64,000 nucleotides of DNA, taken from positions 57,662,001-57,726,000 of the forward strand of contig CM059432.1 of NCBI GenBank assembly GCA_030390025.1, given 5' to 3'. A program made the position numbers and the translations under genes. This stretch comes from Squalus acanthias (taxonomy: Eukaryota). The notes under the pieces are model-generated. The model searched no databases. It was not told the origin of the DNA and saw only the letters and a program-made list of their open reading frames with translations. Shown one piece after another: positions 52,201-64,000 of the stretch (the stretch's first letter is position 1; each line of letters begins with the position of its first letter).

Positions 52201-54940
52201 CCATATCCCTTGAATCCCTTAATATTCAGAAATCTATCGATCTCTGTCTTGAATATACTCAACGACTGAGCCTCCACAGCCCTCTGGGGTAGAGAATTCC
52301 AAAGATTCACCACCCTCTGAGTGAAGACATTTCTCCTCAGCTCAGTCCTAAATGGCCGACCCCTTATTCTGAGACTGTGACCCCTGGTTCTAGACTCCCC
52401 AGCCAGGGGAAACATCCTCCCTGCATCTACCCTGTCAAGCCCTGTGAGAATTTTGTATGTTTCAATGAGATCCCCTCTCATTCTTCTAAACTCTAGAGAA
52501 TATAGGGCTAGTCTACTCAATCTCTCCTCATAGAACAATCCCCCCATCCGAGGAATCAGTCTGGTGAACCTTCATTGCACTCCCTCTATGGCAAGTATAT
52601 CCTTCCTTAGGTAAGGAGACCAAAACTGTACACAATACTCCAGGTGTGGTCTCACCAGGGCCCTATATAATTGCAGTAAGACGTCTTTACTCTTATACTC
52701 AAATCCTCTTGTAATGAAGGTCAACATACCATTTGCTTTCCTAATTGCTTGCTGTACCTGCATGTTAACTTTCAGTGATTTGTGTACAAGGACACCCAGG
52801 TTCCTCTGAACACCAACATTTCCCAATCTCTCACCATTTAAAAAATACTCTGCTTTTGATTTTTCCTACCAAAGTGGCTAACTTTCCATTTCTCCAGATT
52901 ATATTCCATTTGGACACTCACTTAGCTTGTCTATATCCCCTTGAAGCTTCCTTGCATCCTCCTCACAACTTACATTCCCACCCAGCTTTGTATCATCAGC
53001 AAACTTCAATATATTACATTTGGTCCCCTGTTACCACGTCCTTAATAATATATTCTAGCATTTTCCCTACTTCTGATGTCAGGCCTGACTGGTCTATAGT
53101 TCCCTGTTTTCTCTCTCCCTCCTTTCTTAAATAGTGGGATTACATTTGCTACCTTCTAATCCACGGGAACGTTCCAGAATCTATGGAATTTTGGAAAATG
53201 ACAACCAATGCATCCACCATCTCTATAGCCATCTCTTTCAAAACCCTAGGATGTAGACCATCAGGTCCAGGGGCTTTATCGGCTTTCAGTCCCATTAATT
53301 TCTCCAGTACTATTTTTTTACTAATACTAATTTCTTTCAGTTCCTCATTCTCGCTAGAGCCTTGGTTCTCCACTATTTCTGGGAACTTTTTTGCGTCTTC
53401 TTCCATGAAGTCAAACAGTATTTGTTTAATTTCTCTGCCATTTCCTTATTCCCCATTATAATTTATCCTGTCTCGGCCTGTAAGGGACCCACATTTACCT
53501 TTGCTAATCTTTTCCTTTTTACATTCCCATAGAAGCTTTTACAGTCTGTTTTTATGTCACTCGCTAGTTTACTCTCATTCTATTTTCCCTTTCTTTATCA
53601 ATTTCTTGGTCCTCCTTTGCTGAATTCTAATATTCTCCCAGTCCTCAGGCTTACTATTCTTTTTGGCAACACTTCCTTTGATCTAATACTATCCTCAACT
53701 TCTCTTGTTAGCCACGGTTGGACCACTTTTTCTGTGGGGTTTTTGTGCCTTAAAGGAATGTATATTTGTTGTAAATTATGTATTAATTCTTTAAATTGCT
53801 TGTCTACCATCATACCTTTTAATGTAGTTTCCCAATCTACCATAGATCTCGCCCCTCATACCTACGTAGTTTGCTTTGTTTAGATTTAAGACCCTTGTTT
53901 CGAATTTAACTAAATCACTTACAAACGCAATATAAAATTCTATCATATTATGGTCACTCTTCCCTAAAGGCCCTTTACTACAAGGTTATTAATTAACCCT
54001 TTCTCATTGCAAATAGCCTGTTCCCTAGTTGGTTCCTCAACATACTGATCTAGAAAACTATCTTGCATACATTCCATGAATTCGTCCTCCACACTATTAC
54101 TGTAAATTTGGTTTGCCCAGTCTATATGTAAATTAAAGTCCCCATGATCACTGTATTACCCTTGTGAGATGCGCCTCTAGTTTCCTGATTTATACTCTGC
54201 CCTACATTACAACTACTGTTTAGGGTCCTATAAACAACTTCCACCAATGTTTTCTGCCCCAAACTGTTTCTTAGTTCCACCCAAACTGATTCTACTTCTT
54301 GATTTTCGGAGCCAAGATCCTTTCTCTCTACTGTCTTTATCCCATCCTTTATTATCAGGGCTACCCCTTCTCCTTTTCCATTTTGCCTATCTCTTCTAAA
54401 TGTTAAGTATCCTGGAATATTTAGTTCCCAACCTTGGCCACTTTGCAACCACATCTCCTGTATGGCTATTAGATCAAACCTGTTAATTTCTATCTGCGCT
54501 ATTAATTCATCTATTTTGTTGCGAATGCTTTGTGCATTCAGATATTGTGCCTTTAGCTTTGACTTATTTCTATTTTTCCCTGATGTCACCTTAGTCGCTG
54601 ATGCCTTATTACCTTTGTTACTCTCTCTGTCCCTTCCTGACCCACTCTGCTTATTTTTACCCAAACCTCTACTCTGCTCGAGACCCTTGACATTTCTCTC
54701 ACTGCTTTTAAATTTACTCTTTCCTGAATCCTCCCACCCCACCTTCATTAGTTTAAAGCCCTGTCTACTGCCCTCATTATTCAGTTCGCCAGGATACTGG
54801 TCCCAGCCGGTTTAAGTGGAGCCCGTCCCAACGGAACAGCTCCCTCTTTCCCCAGTACCCCATGAACTGAAACCCCTTCCTCCCACACCACTCTTTGAGC
54901 CACGCATTTAAACCTCTAATCTGTTTGTCCCTATGCCAGA
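52201..54940 (-). mobile_element. CR1 LINE with EN and RT remnants, internally deleted
   Basis: YLNAQSIRNKIDEL...IAIQEMWL...IPGYLTFRRDR (APE endonuclease); KAPGPDGLHPRVLKE; LVRPHLEYCVQFWSP. Confidence 0.92.
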
Positions 54941-55362
54941 TGGATGATGTGTGGAGATGTCAGTCACTCTGGTGCTGTTTGTAAACTATGTGATCCAATG
55001 AATGCATCTTCTGAAGTTCCATGTAAAAAGTAAAATGGAAGATTTAACTTCCAAATCTCCTAGAGCACCTCTGCTAGGATTTCATTGCTATCTAGCCAAA
55101 TGCCTTTTCCTCAGCAACTAGTGAATCTCAGGGACTTCGACTGTTGGAATAAGTAAGGACTTTTTCCCTCTACTTTACCGTCTGAAATCAGGTGATGTAT
55201 TGGAGGAAAATCAAGGGAAATTGAGTGGCAACGCCGAACACTGCATCCTCACCCTGACTTGGATTTTCTTCCCCCTGTCGTGACCCACCTTCAGAGGGAT
55301 GAAGGAAATGCAGCCCTAATTGACTCTGGCAACCTTGTTGTACGTAATACTGAAATTAAATA

Positions 55363-57540
55363 GTGAGTTCAAATCCCACCATGGCCGCTGGGAAATTTAA
55401 ATTCAGTTAATTAAATAAATCTGGAATAAAAAGCTAGTATCAGTAATGGTGACCATGAAACTGCCGGATTGTCGTAAAAACCCATCTGGTTCACTAATGT
55501 CCTTTAGGGAAGGAAATCTGCAGTCCTTACCTGGTCTGGCCTATACGTGACTCCATACCCACAGCAATGTGATTGACTCTTAACTGCCCCCTGAAATGGT
55601 CTAGCAAGCAACTCATTTGTACAAAACCGCTACAAGAAACAATAATAATAAGAAGACTGGACGGAGCACTTGGCATTGACCTAGGCACCAGCTTTGGACA
55701 CGAAAAGGACCCAGCCCTGTCGACCCTGCAAAGTCCTCCTCACTAACATCTGTGGCCTTGTACCAAAATTGGGAGAGCTGTTACAAAGACTAGTTAAGCA
55801 ACAGCCTAACAGAATCATACCTTTCAGCCAACATCACAGACTCCGCCATCACCATCCCTGGGTATGTCCTGTCCCATCGGCAGGACAGACCCACCAGAGG
55901 TGGTGGCACAGCGGTATACAGTCGGGAGGGAGTGGCCCTGGGAGTTCACAACAATGACTCCGGATCCCATGAAATCTCATGGCTTCAGGTCAAGCATAGG
56001 CAAGGAAACCTCCTGCTGATTACCACCTACTGCCTTCCCTCAGCTGATGAATCAGTACTCCTCCGTGTTGGACACCACTTGGAAGAAGCACTGGGGGTAG
56101 CTAGGGCACAAAATGTACTCTGTGTGGGGTCTTCAATGTTCATCACCAAGAGTGGCTCGGTAGCACTACTGACCAAGCTGGCCGAGTCCTGAAGGACATA
56201 GCTGCCAGATTGGGCCTGCGACAGGTGGTGAGAGAACCAATACGAGGGGAAAACCTACTTGACCTCATTATTGGTAGCAGTGACCACTGCACAGTCCTTG
56301 TGGAGATGAAGTCCCGTCTTCACACTGAGGACATCCTCCATCGTGTTGTGTGGCACTACCACTGTGCTAAATGGGATAGATACAGAACAAGTCTAGCAGC
56401 TCAAAACTGAGCATCCATGAGGCACTGTGGGCCATCAACAGCAGCAGAATTGTATTCCGCCAGAATCTGTAACCTCATGGCCCAGCATATCCCTCACTCT
56501 ACCATTACCATCAAGCCAGGGGACCAACTCTGGTTCAATGAGTGTAGAAGTGTATGCCAGGGGCAGCACCAGGCATACCTAAAAATGAGGTGCCAATCTG
56601 GTGAAGCTGCAACACAGGACTACATGCATGCTAAATAGCGGAAGCAGCATGCTCTAGACAGAGCTAAGCAATCCCACAACCAACGGTTCAGATCAAAGCT
56701 CTGCAGTCCAGCCACATCAGTCGTGAATGGTGGTGGACAATTAAACAACTAACTGGAGGAGGAGGCTCCATGAACATCCTGATCCTCAATGATGGTGGAG
56801 CCCAGCACACAAGTGCAAAAGATAAGGCTGAAGTGTTTGCAACCATCTTCAGTCAGAAGTGCCGAGTGGATGATCCATCTCGGCCTCCTCCTGAGGTCCC
56901 CACCATCACAGAAGCCAGTCTTCATCCAATTCGATTCACTCCACGTGATATCAAGAAACGGCTGAGCACACTGGATACAGCAAAGGCTATGGGCCCCGAC
57001 AACATCCCGGCTGTCGTGCTGAAGACTTGTGCTCCAGAACTAGCCGCACCTCCAGCCAAGCTGTTCCAGTACAGCTACAACACTGGCATCTACCCGACAA
57101 TGTGGAAAACTGCCCAGGTATGTCCTGTCCACAAAAAGCAGGACAAATCCAATCCGGCCAATTACCGCCCCATCAGCCGACTCTCAATCATCAGCAAAGT
57201 GATGGAAGGTGTCGTCGCCAGTGCTATCAAGTGGCACTTACTCACCGATAACCTGCTCACCGTTGCTTAGTTTGGGTTCCGCCAGGACCACTCAGCTCCA
57301 GACTTCATTACAGCCTTGGTTCAAACATGGACAAAAGAGCTGAATTGCAGAGGTGAGGTGAAAGTGACTGTTGTTGACATCAAGGCAGCATTTGACCAAG
57401 TGTGGCATCAAGGAGCCCTAGTAAAATTGAAGTCAATGGGAACCAGGGGGAAATCTCTTCACTGGATGGAGTCATACCTAGCACAAAGGAAGGTGGTTGT
57501 TGGAGACCAATCATCACAGCCCCAGGACATCACTGCAGTC
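55363..57540 (+). mobile_element. LINE family X, 5' part: tRNA-like head running into EN-RT
   Basis: B box GAGTTCAAATCCC at 55365-55377, ~360-nt leader, then LLTNICGLVPKLGEL (EN start) through to the RT N-terminus. Confidence 0.88.
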
Positions 57541-58479
57541 ACTGCTGGATTACCAGATGGCTAGTGAACTCAAAAACTCCATGGGACTCATTCCTTCCAC
57601 CCTCCCTCCACCCCTAATTTGTAAACTTAATATAACATTTCTTGACACATTACAGTTTCATGGAGTCCAGACGCTGAATTAAATAAAGACTTGTTCAAAA
57701 TTATGAGGGATTTGGATAAGGTAAGTAGGAAACAACTATTTCCATTGGTCAGTGAATTGGACAAAAATTTCATATCTTCACCAAAAGAACAAAAGGGGAG
57801 ATTAGGAGAAATATTTTTACACTGAGGGTTGATAGGACATAGAATAACTTACCAGAAAGTTGGAGTTGTAAAATTCTGTGATTCTCTAAGAAATTCAATT
57901 TTTATTTTTGAACTTAAAATTAGCTTCGTGTAGAGATAAATCCCAGTTGCATTTGGTCTTACTTCCACTGCAAATACGTTCTGCATTAATGGAAGCCAAA
58001 AATGTTTTTCAATGCACCAAAAATATTATTCTGCCAATATGTGGAGGGACTCCTCTCTCCTGAGTCCTGATGGTATCTTCCAATTGCTGGTATGGAAAGG
58101 AGAATTCAACTGTGGATGCATTGAGGTTTAAGGGTTAGTGTTGACAGCAAAAGCTATTGTCACAACTCTATAGAATTCAGAGTGTTACAGTTTCATCTAC
58201 TAAGAGATTTTGGGCTACTTCAAAAAGACGTTATTTTGACCTCCACAAAAATCAGATTTCATAGGTAAGCCCATGCTTCTTACGAACTGAAATTTGACTC
58301 GATGCAGAAAATATCTGGAATAGTAGACTGCAGGGTGAACAATGAACTCAGATTGCAGAAGAAATAGTACAGGATGTTATTGTATATATGTGGAACTGGA
58401 TTTCCTTATTCGCTCTGTTAGATAATCCTGCACCGTGTCTTTAAATATAATCTGGGTTCAGGCCTGTCGAATCAGGCCA

Positions 58480-59665
58480 CACCACCCTCCTCCAATACGT
58501 CTCCTCCGTTGTCCAACTGGGTGTGACTTCCCTCGCCTGGTTCCATTCTTATTTATCCAGTCGTAGCCAGAGAATCACCTGCAATGGCTACTCTTCCTGC
58601 TCCCGCACCGTTACCTCTGGAGTCCCCCAAGGATTTATCCTTGGCCCACTCCTATTTCACAACTACATGCTGCCCCTTGGCGACATCATCCAAAAACACA
58701 ATGTCAGGTTCCACATGTACGCTGATGACACCCAGCTCTACCTCACCACCTCCTCTCTCGACCCTCCACTGTCTCTGATTTGTCACTCTGCTTGTCCGAC
58801 ATCCAGTACTCGATGAGCAGAAGTTTCCTCAAACTAAATATTGGGAAGACCAAAGCCATTGTCTTTGGTCCCCGTCACAAACTCCATTCCCTAGCCACTA
58901 ACTCCATCCCTCTCACTGACCACTGTCTGAGGCTGAACCAGACCGTTCGCAACCTTGGTGTCGTATTTGACCCCGAGATGAGCTTCCGACCACATATCCG
59001 CTCCATCACCAAGACCGCCTACTTCCCTTTCCGTAACATCGCTCCTCTACCACCCCCCACCCCGTCTCAGCTCATCTACTGCTGAAACCTTGGTTGCCAC
59101 TAAACTTGATTATTGATATGCTCTCCTGGCCGGCCTCCCATCTTCCACCCTCCATAAACTTGAGCTCATCCAAAACTCTGCTGCCCGTATCCTAACTCGC
59201 ACCAAGTCCTGTTCACCCATAACCCCTGTGCTCGCTGACCTACATTGGCTCCAGGACCAGCAAAGCCTCAATTTTAACAAGCTCATCCTTGTTTTCAAAT
59301 CCCTCCATGGCCTCGTCTCTCCCTATCTATGTAACCTCCTCCAGCCTTACAACCCTCTGAGATTTCTGTGCTCCTCCAATTCTGACCTCTTGTGCATTCC
59401 CAATTTTAATTGCTCCACCATTGGTGGCTATGCCTAGACCCAAAGCTCTGGAATTCCCTCCCTAAACTTTTCTGCCTCTCTACCCCTCTCTCCTCCTTTA
59501 AGACGCTCCTTAAAACCTACCTCTTTGACCAAGCTTTCGGTCATCTGTCCTAATATCTCCTTATGTGGCTCGGTGTCAAATATTGTTTGATAATGCTCCC
59601 ATGAAGCACCCTGGGACATTTTACTACGTTAAAGGCGCTATATAAATTCAAGTAGTTGTTGCTGC
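58480..59665 (+). mobile_element. L2 LINE 3' fragment
   Basis: [31 protein letters not shown]; tail ggcgctatataaat. Confidence 0.92.
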
Positions 59666-61004
59666 GGTTTATATATTTATTTATTGTAAATATCAATTTA
59701 ACCATCATTTATGATGGACTTCATGTACACCAGCAAAGTATGTAACATTGCCCATAGTAGTAAGAGGACATTACACTGTATTCTGCTATGAGGCAACCCT
59801 TACTATCAGGACACAATGATTATCTCTGTCTTTCTTCTGTGGAAGATTCACTGCAGCTCCCAGTCTAGATGAAGAGCCTCTCTCTTTATACATTTTCTTG
59901 TCACTGTTCATAACACCCAGCAGCAACTTCCCTTTGTCTTCTAGGCTTTACATAAACTTAATTATGTGAAGTAAGGGTGTCATATTGAAGGAAGTGGTTC
60001 ACTTTTGCAGAATGAACACCCTGGTAACTTTGCAATTTGTAAGTACCCTACAGCACTGTGCATTCTGCCTGCAGCCAATTGTTGTTCAACCATATGGATC
60101 TAGTCATCATTATTCAGGTTAACTTTCATTCATTGGAACCTGTCAACTTTCATGTCTGTCTGTTTCATCCTGTAGTGCAATATTTCATAGCAAAACAATA
60201 CTGAGACCAAATAAAAATGACAAATTGCATTCAATTAGAGAATGGGCAGTCAGTGCTGGATTGCCAGATGGCCAGTGCATTCAAAAACTCAATGCGACTC
60301 ATTCCATCCCACCACCGCCCCCGCCACACGCACACTTTTCAATTAATTTGTAAAAATAATATAACATTTCTTGACTCTTGACACTTTCATGGAGTCCAGA
60401 CACTGCAGCAAATAAAGAGGTGTTCAAAATTATTAAGGATTTTGATAAGGTAAAATCACTACTTGTTTTTCCAACCTCAACATTCTTATCATCCCTAACC
60501 ACAAATTCCACTTCCTTATTCATTCATTCACTTAAAAACCATCTGTTTAAGTTCTTTTGGCGTCTAAAAAAAGATTAAATAATCTTTTAATCTTGATTTT
60601 AAAAGAACCATATTTTCTTAATTTATTTAAACCATTTCCTTACACACAACTGCAGAACAGTAATTAGGTACTGATTAATTACTTTAAGATCTAGTGGCTT
60701 AAGGATCATATTATCATGTTTGAGAAATTAAAGCTAAAATTTACACATATATAAAACAAAGCATCACAATGCTAAACTAGCAGATTCCCTCATCAATCAA
60801 GTCACCCACAGGATCTCTGCCGCTGCCCTGATTAACCCTTTCCCTACTGGTCTATTATCCATCAGCTCCTATTGGGTTGGATTAGGACTTCCACCTGCCA
60901 CGCTGCCCCCATTATGATCCCAGCCCAGTTTCCTGTTTCAGGGTTATTAAATATTCATGGTGGCTCTGGGCAGGATTCCCACCAGCAAGTGGAAGCCTGG
61001 TATC

Positions 61005-61468
61005 ATTCACCAGAATGATACCAGGGCTTAAAGGGTTAAATTACAAAGACATGTTGCATAAACTTGGTTTGTATTCCCTTGAGTTTAGAAGGCTGAGGGC
61101 TGATTTAATTGAGGTGTTTAAAATGATAAAAGAATTTGATAGGGTAAATACAGATAAATTATTTCCCTGGTGGTGGAATCTAGAACAAGGGGGCACAATC
61201 TTAAAATTAGAACAATGCCATTCAGGAGTGAAATCAGGAAGCACTTTTTGACACAAAGGGTAGTGGAAATCTGGAATTCCCTCCCCTAAAATATTGTGGA
61301 TGCTGGGTCAATTGAAGACTCAGATCAACAGATTTTTATTTGGTGAGGATATCAAGGAATATGGATCAAAGGTGGGTAAATGGAGTTGAGGTACAGATCA
61401 GCCATGATCTAATTGAATGGTGGAACGGACACAGGGGCTGAATGGCCGACTCCAGTTCCTATGTTCCT
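61005..61468 (+). mobile_element. CR1 3'-end fragment
   Basis: LGLYSLEFRRLRADLIEVFKMI; 3' UTR ggggctgaatggcc...cctatgttcc. Confidence 0.85.
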
Positions 61469-62049
61469 GCTGAGGAAAATCCAGGTGGTGACTGTCACTC
61501 CAGCAGCAGAAAATGGTACAGGAGCCTGACTACAGTAAATCTTCTATTGAAGGCTTCAGCTGAGACCACGGCTTTCAGCAGATAAGGAATTAGGCTGAAA
61601 TGGAGGGAGAAACTGCAACTATACCCTTTCCTTCCATCCGGAGACTTCAGGGCCTTCTCACCACTATTCCAGTGATCCAAAGAAGTAGAGGGAAGAGTAG
61701 TATATGGGAGGTAAATGGGCCGGGAGCTCAGGTCCTGCCTTGACACTAGAATTTGCATGTGGCAAGGGCTGACTGTGATAAATTAAGATCAGGGCGAAGA
61801 GGCGGCTGATGATCTCGCCACCTGCTTTTCCCTTAAAAATCTAAGCTCTCTCTGAAAAACATCATGCTTACCCATCATACAGTTCAGGCTCAATTCCAAA
61901 CTCATTTTTATTGTAGTGAAATTATACAGAAACAAGAATAAATCAGTAGATAAGATCACAATACATTTCTTAGCTTTCATAGAACAACTTCTATTTTTAT
62001 AAGTGTTTTGAAAACAAACACCAAAACTGGACACAAGAGATTACGATCA

Positions 62050-62660
62050 AAACTTAGGTCAGATAAATGGGTTTTGAGGAGGTTTGTTATGGTGGAAAGA
62101 GAGGTGAAGTTTAAAGGAGGCAGTTCCAAAGAATAGGACTGAAGTGGTTGAAGGTTCTATCATCAAGGGTGGGATGAAGGGAGGATGAGAGACACAGAAA
62201 GTCAAAGTCAAAACAATGGAGCATTCTGAAGGGGATATAGGGCTGAAGGAGATAGCAGAGATAGGATGGGGCAAGGCTATGGAGGAACTTATAGATGAAG
62301 ATAAGAATTTTAAATTGAATGCTCTAGAGGATGTGGAGCCTGTTTAGATCAGTGAGGATGGGAGTGATGGGTGACCAGCATTTAGTGTGGAACAGGATAA
62401 ATTTGACAAGTTGAAATTTACAGACAGTGGAGGTTGGAGGGCCAGCAAGGGGTGCATTACAATAGTTGAGTCTGGAGGCAACAGTGGTATGTATGAGTTT
62501 AAGTGATGGAGGGATTCAGGTAGAGCAGAGATGAGCAATGTTGTGGAGATGGAAATAAGCAGCCTTTGTGATGGAAAGGATGTACAATCCAAGACTCATC
62601 TCCAGGTTGTATAGGACATCAAAATTGTGAATGCTTTAGTTCAGTCTGAGAGAGTTGCCA
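62050..62660 (-). mobile_element. Highly degraded L2 fragment
   Basis: Purine-rich plus strand similar to 37000-37650. Confidence 0.55.
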
Positions 62661-62699
62661 GGAAGGGCACTACAAAATATGTTCATCTGAGATAAAAAG

Positions 62700-63645
62700 G
62701 GGATACATCTAGGGGGTAGAGTCCCATGGATAAACAGAGAGATCAAAACTTAACCGAAACTAAAAAGGTAAGTATATAATTAAACTAGGGCTAACAATGC
62801 TACAGAAAGTCATGAGGAATACAGAAAGTGTAGTCAGAGTTGAACAGGAAGATTAGAAGGGCTAAATGCAATTTTAAAGCAGGCCACCAGATCATATTAA
62901 AAAAATGGAAAGGGTTTTTATAAGCATATTAAAAATTAAAATAGTTAAATAGAGTGTAGGACCAATGAGAGATGAAGAGGGAAATCTAACTGTGGAGGAT
63001 GAAGATATGGGAGAGATATTAAACAAATATTTTGCATCAGTTTTTCCTAATGATGATGGAAGTGAGAATGTAGATGTAATAGAACAGGATGTGGAACAAT
63101 TGTTAGAGAACTTAAGATGAATGTCATTGGGTCCTGATGGCATACACTCCAGGCTGTTGAAGGAGGTCAGAGAGGAGATAGCAGAGTCTATGACCACAAT
63201 TTTTCAATCCTCCTTAAATATTGTGGTGTAGGACTGTAGACTAGCCAATGTAACATCTCTGGTCAGGGAGAGAATGATAAATTGGGTAACTATATTCCAG
63301 TTAGTCTAATGTTAGTTGTGGGCAAACTCTTAGATTACATAATTCAAAATCATAATAGTGAGCATTTGGAGATGTATGGGTTAATCAAGTATAGCCACCA
63401 TGAATTTGTTAAAGACAAGTTGTGTTTGACAAATTTAATAGAGTTTTTTTTGAAGAAGTGACTGATTGGAAATATAAAGGACATGCTGTAGATATCACAT
63501 ATTAATTTTCAGAAGGTGTTCAATAAAGTGTCTCACAGGAGGCTTGTGCAAAAAATCAGGCCTGTGGTATAAGAGGAAATGTAGCAACATGGATAGAAAA
63601 TTCACTAACAAATAGGAAACAAAGGATTAGAGTTAATGGGTGTGT
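62700..63645 (+). mobile_element. Degraded CR1 fragment
   Basis: Remnants LNKYFASVF, GPDGIHSRLLKE, CLTNLIEFF. Confidence 0.75.
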
Positions 63646-64000
63646 GACTAAAATCTACCTTTTTGTCTGAATTGAATTTCTTAACGTATATTTTATATGG
63701 CTTGAAACAGCATATAAGAGGTCAACACCCAAGATCACACAAAAGCAGCTTGTCAGCAGGAAACCATCAATTCAGAGCTGACTAGTTGCTCAGTACTCAA
63801 CGAGGTGAGAATTTTCTATAGCCCAAACCATGTTTGTCTGAAGTGATAATTGTGTAATCAACCTGGGGCGAATACATTGAATGATAAACAATCTTGTCAT
63901 TGTCAGAGGTTGCCTTCATTATTTATTGATGACTGACAATTTGTTCGAATCAAATTATGAGAGCTGTAGCTTTTTGCTGGTTTTGTTTCAGGATTCTGCA

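Noticed and set aside
1..64000. CRISPR array, retron or other prokaryotic system
   Set aside because: No repeat-spacer arrays or operons; all RT domains belong to eukaryotic LINE or PLE families.

Overview
Repeat-dense eukaryotic DNA, almost certainly from a cartilaginous fish (shark/ray). The basis is an HE1-type V-SINE, a SacSINE1-like Deu-SINE and abundant CR1/HER1-like LINEs. No prokaryotic genes, CRISPR arrays or rRNA are present. Most of the window is transposon-derived: (1) a nearly intact Neptune-type Penelope-like element with an inverted 5' copy, a 15-bp TSD and minimal hammerhead ribozymes, plus tiny PLE insertions; (2) many Harbinger/PIF relics, including intron-containing Myb/SANT genes, transposase remnants and several MITE families; (3) CR1, L2 and RTE LINE fragments, one RTE showing a twin-priming 5' inversion; (4) three copies of a Jockey-group LINE that appears to begin with a tRNA-derived Pol III head and to lack ORF1. 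A low-confidence three-exon host gene can be built on the minus strand (about 42060 to 31944). I cannot demonstrate a wholly new system. The best leads are the tRNA-headed LINE, the Myb-only Harbinger, the PLE ribozyme and hairpin micro-insertions, and the orphan gene model. Boundaries of degraded repeats are approximate and no database searches were run.
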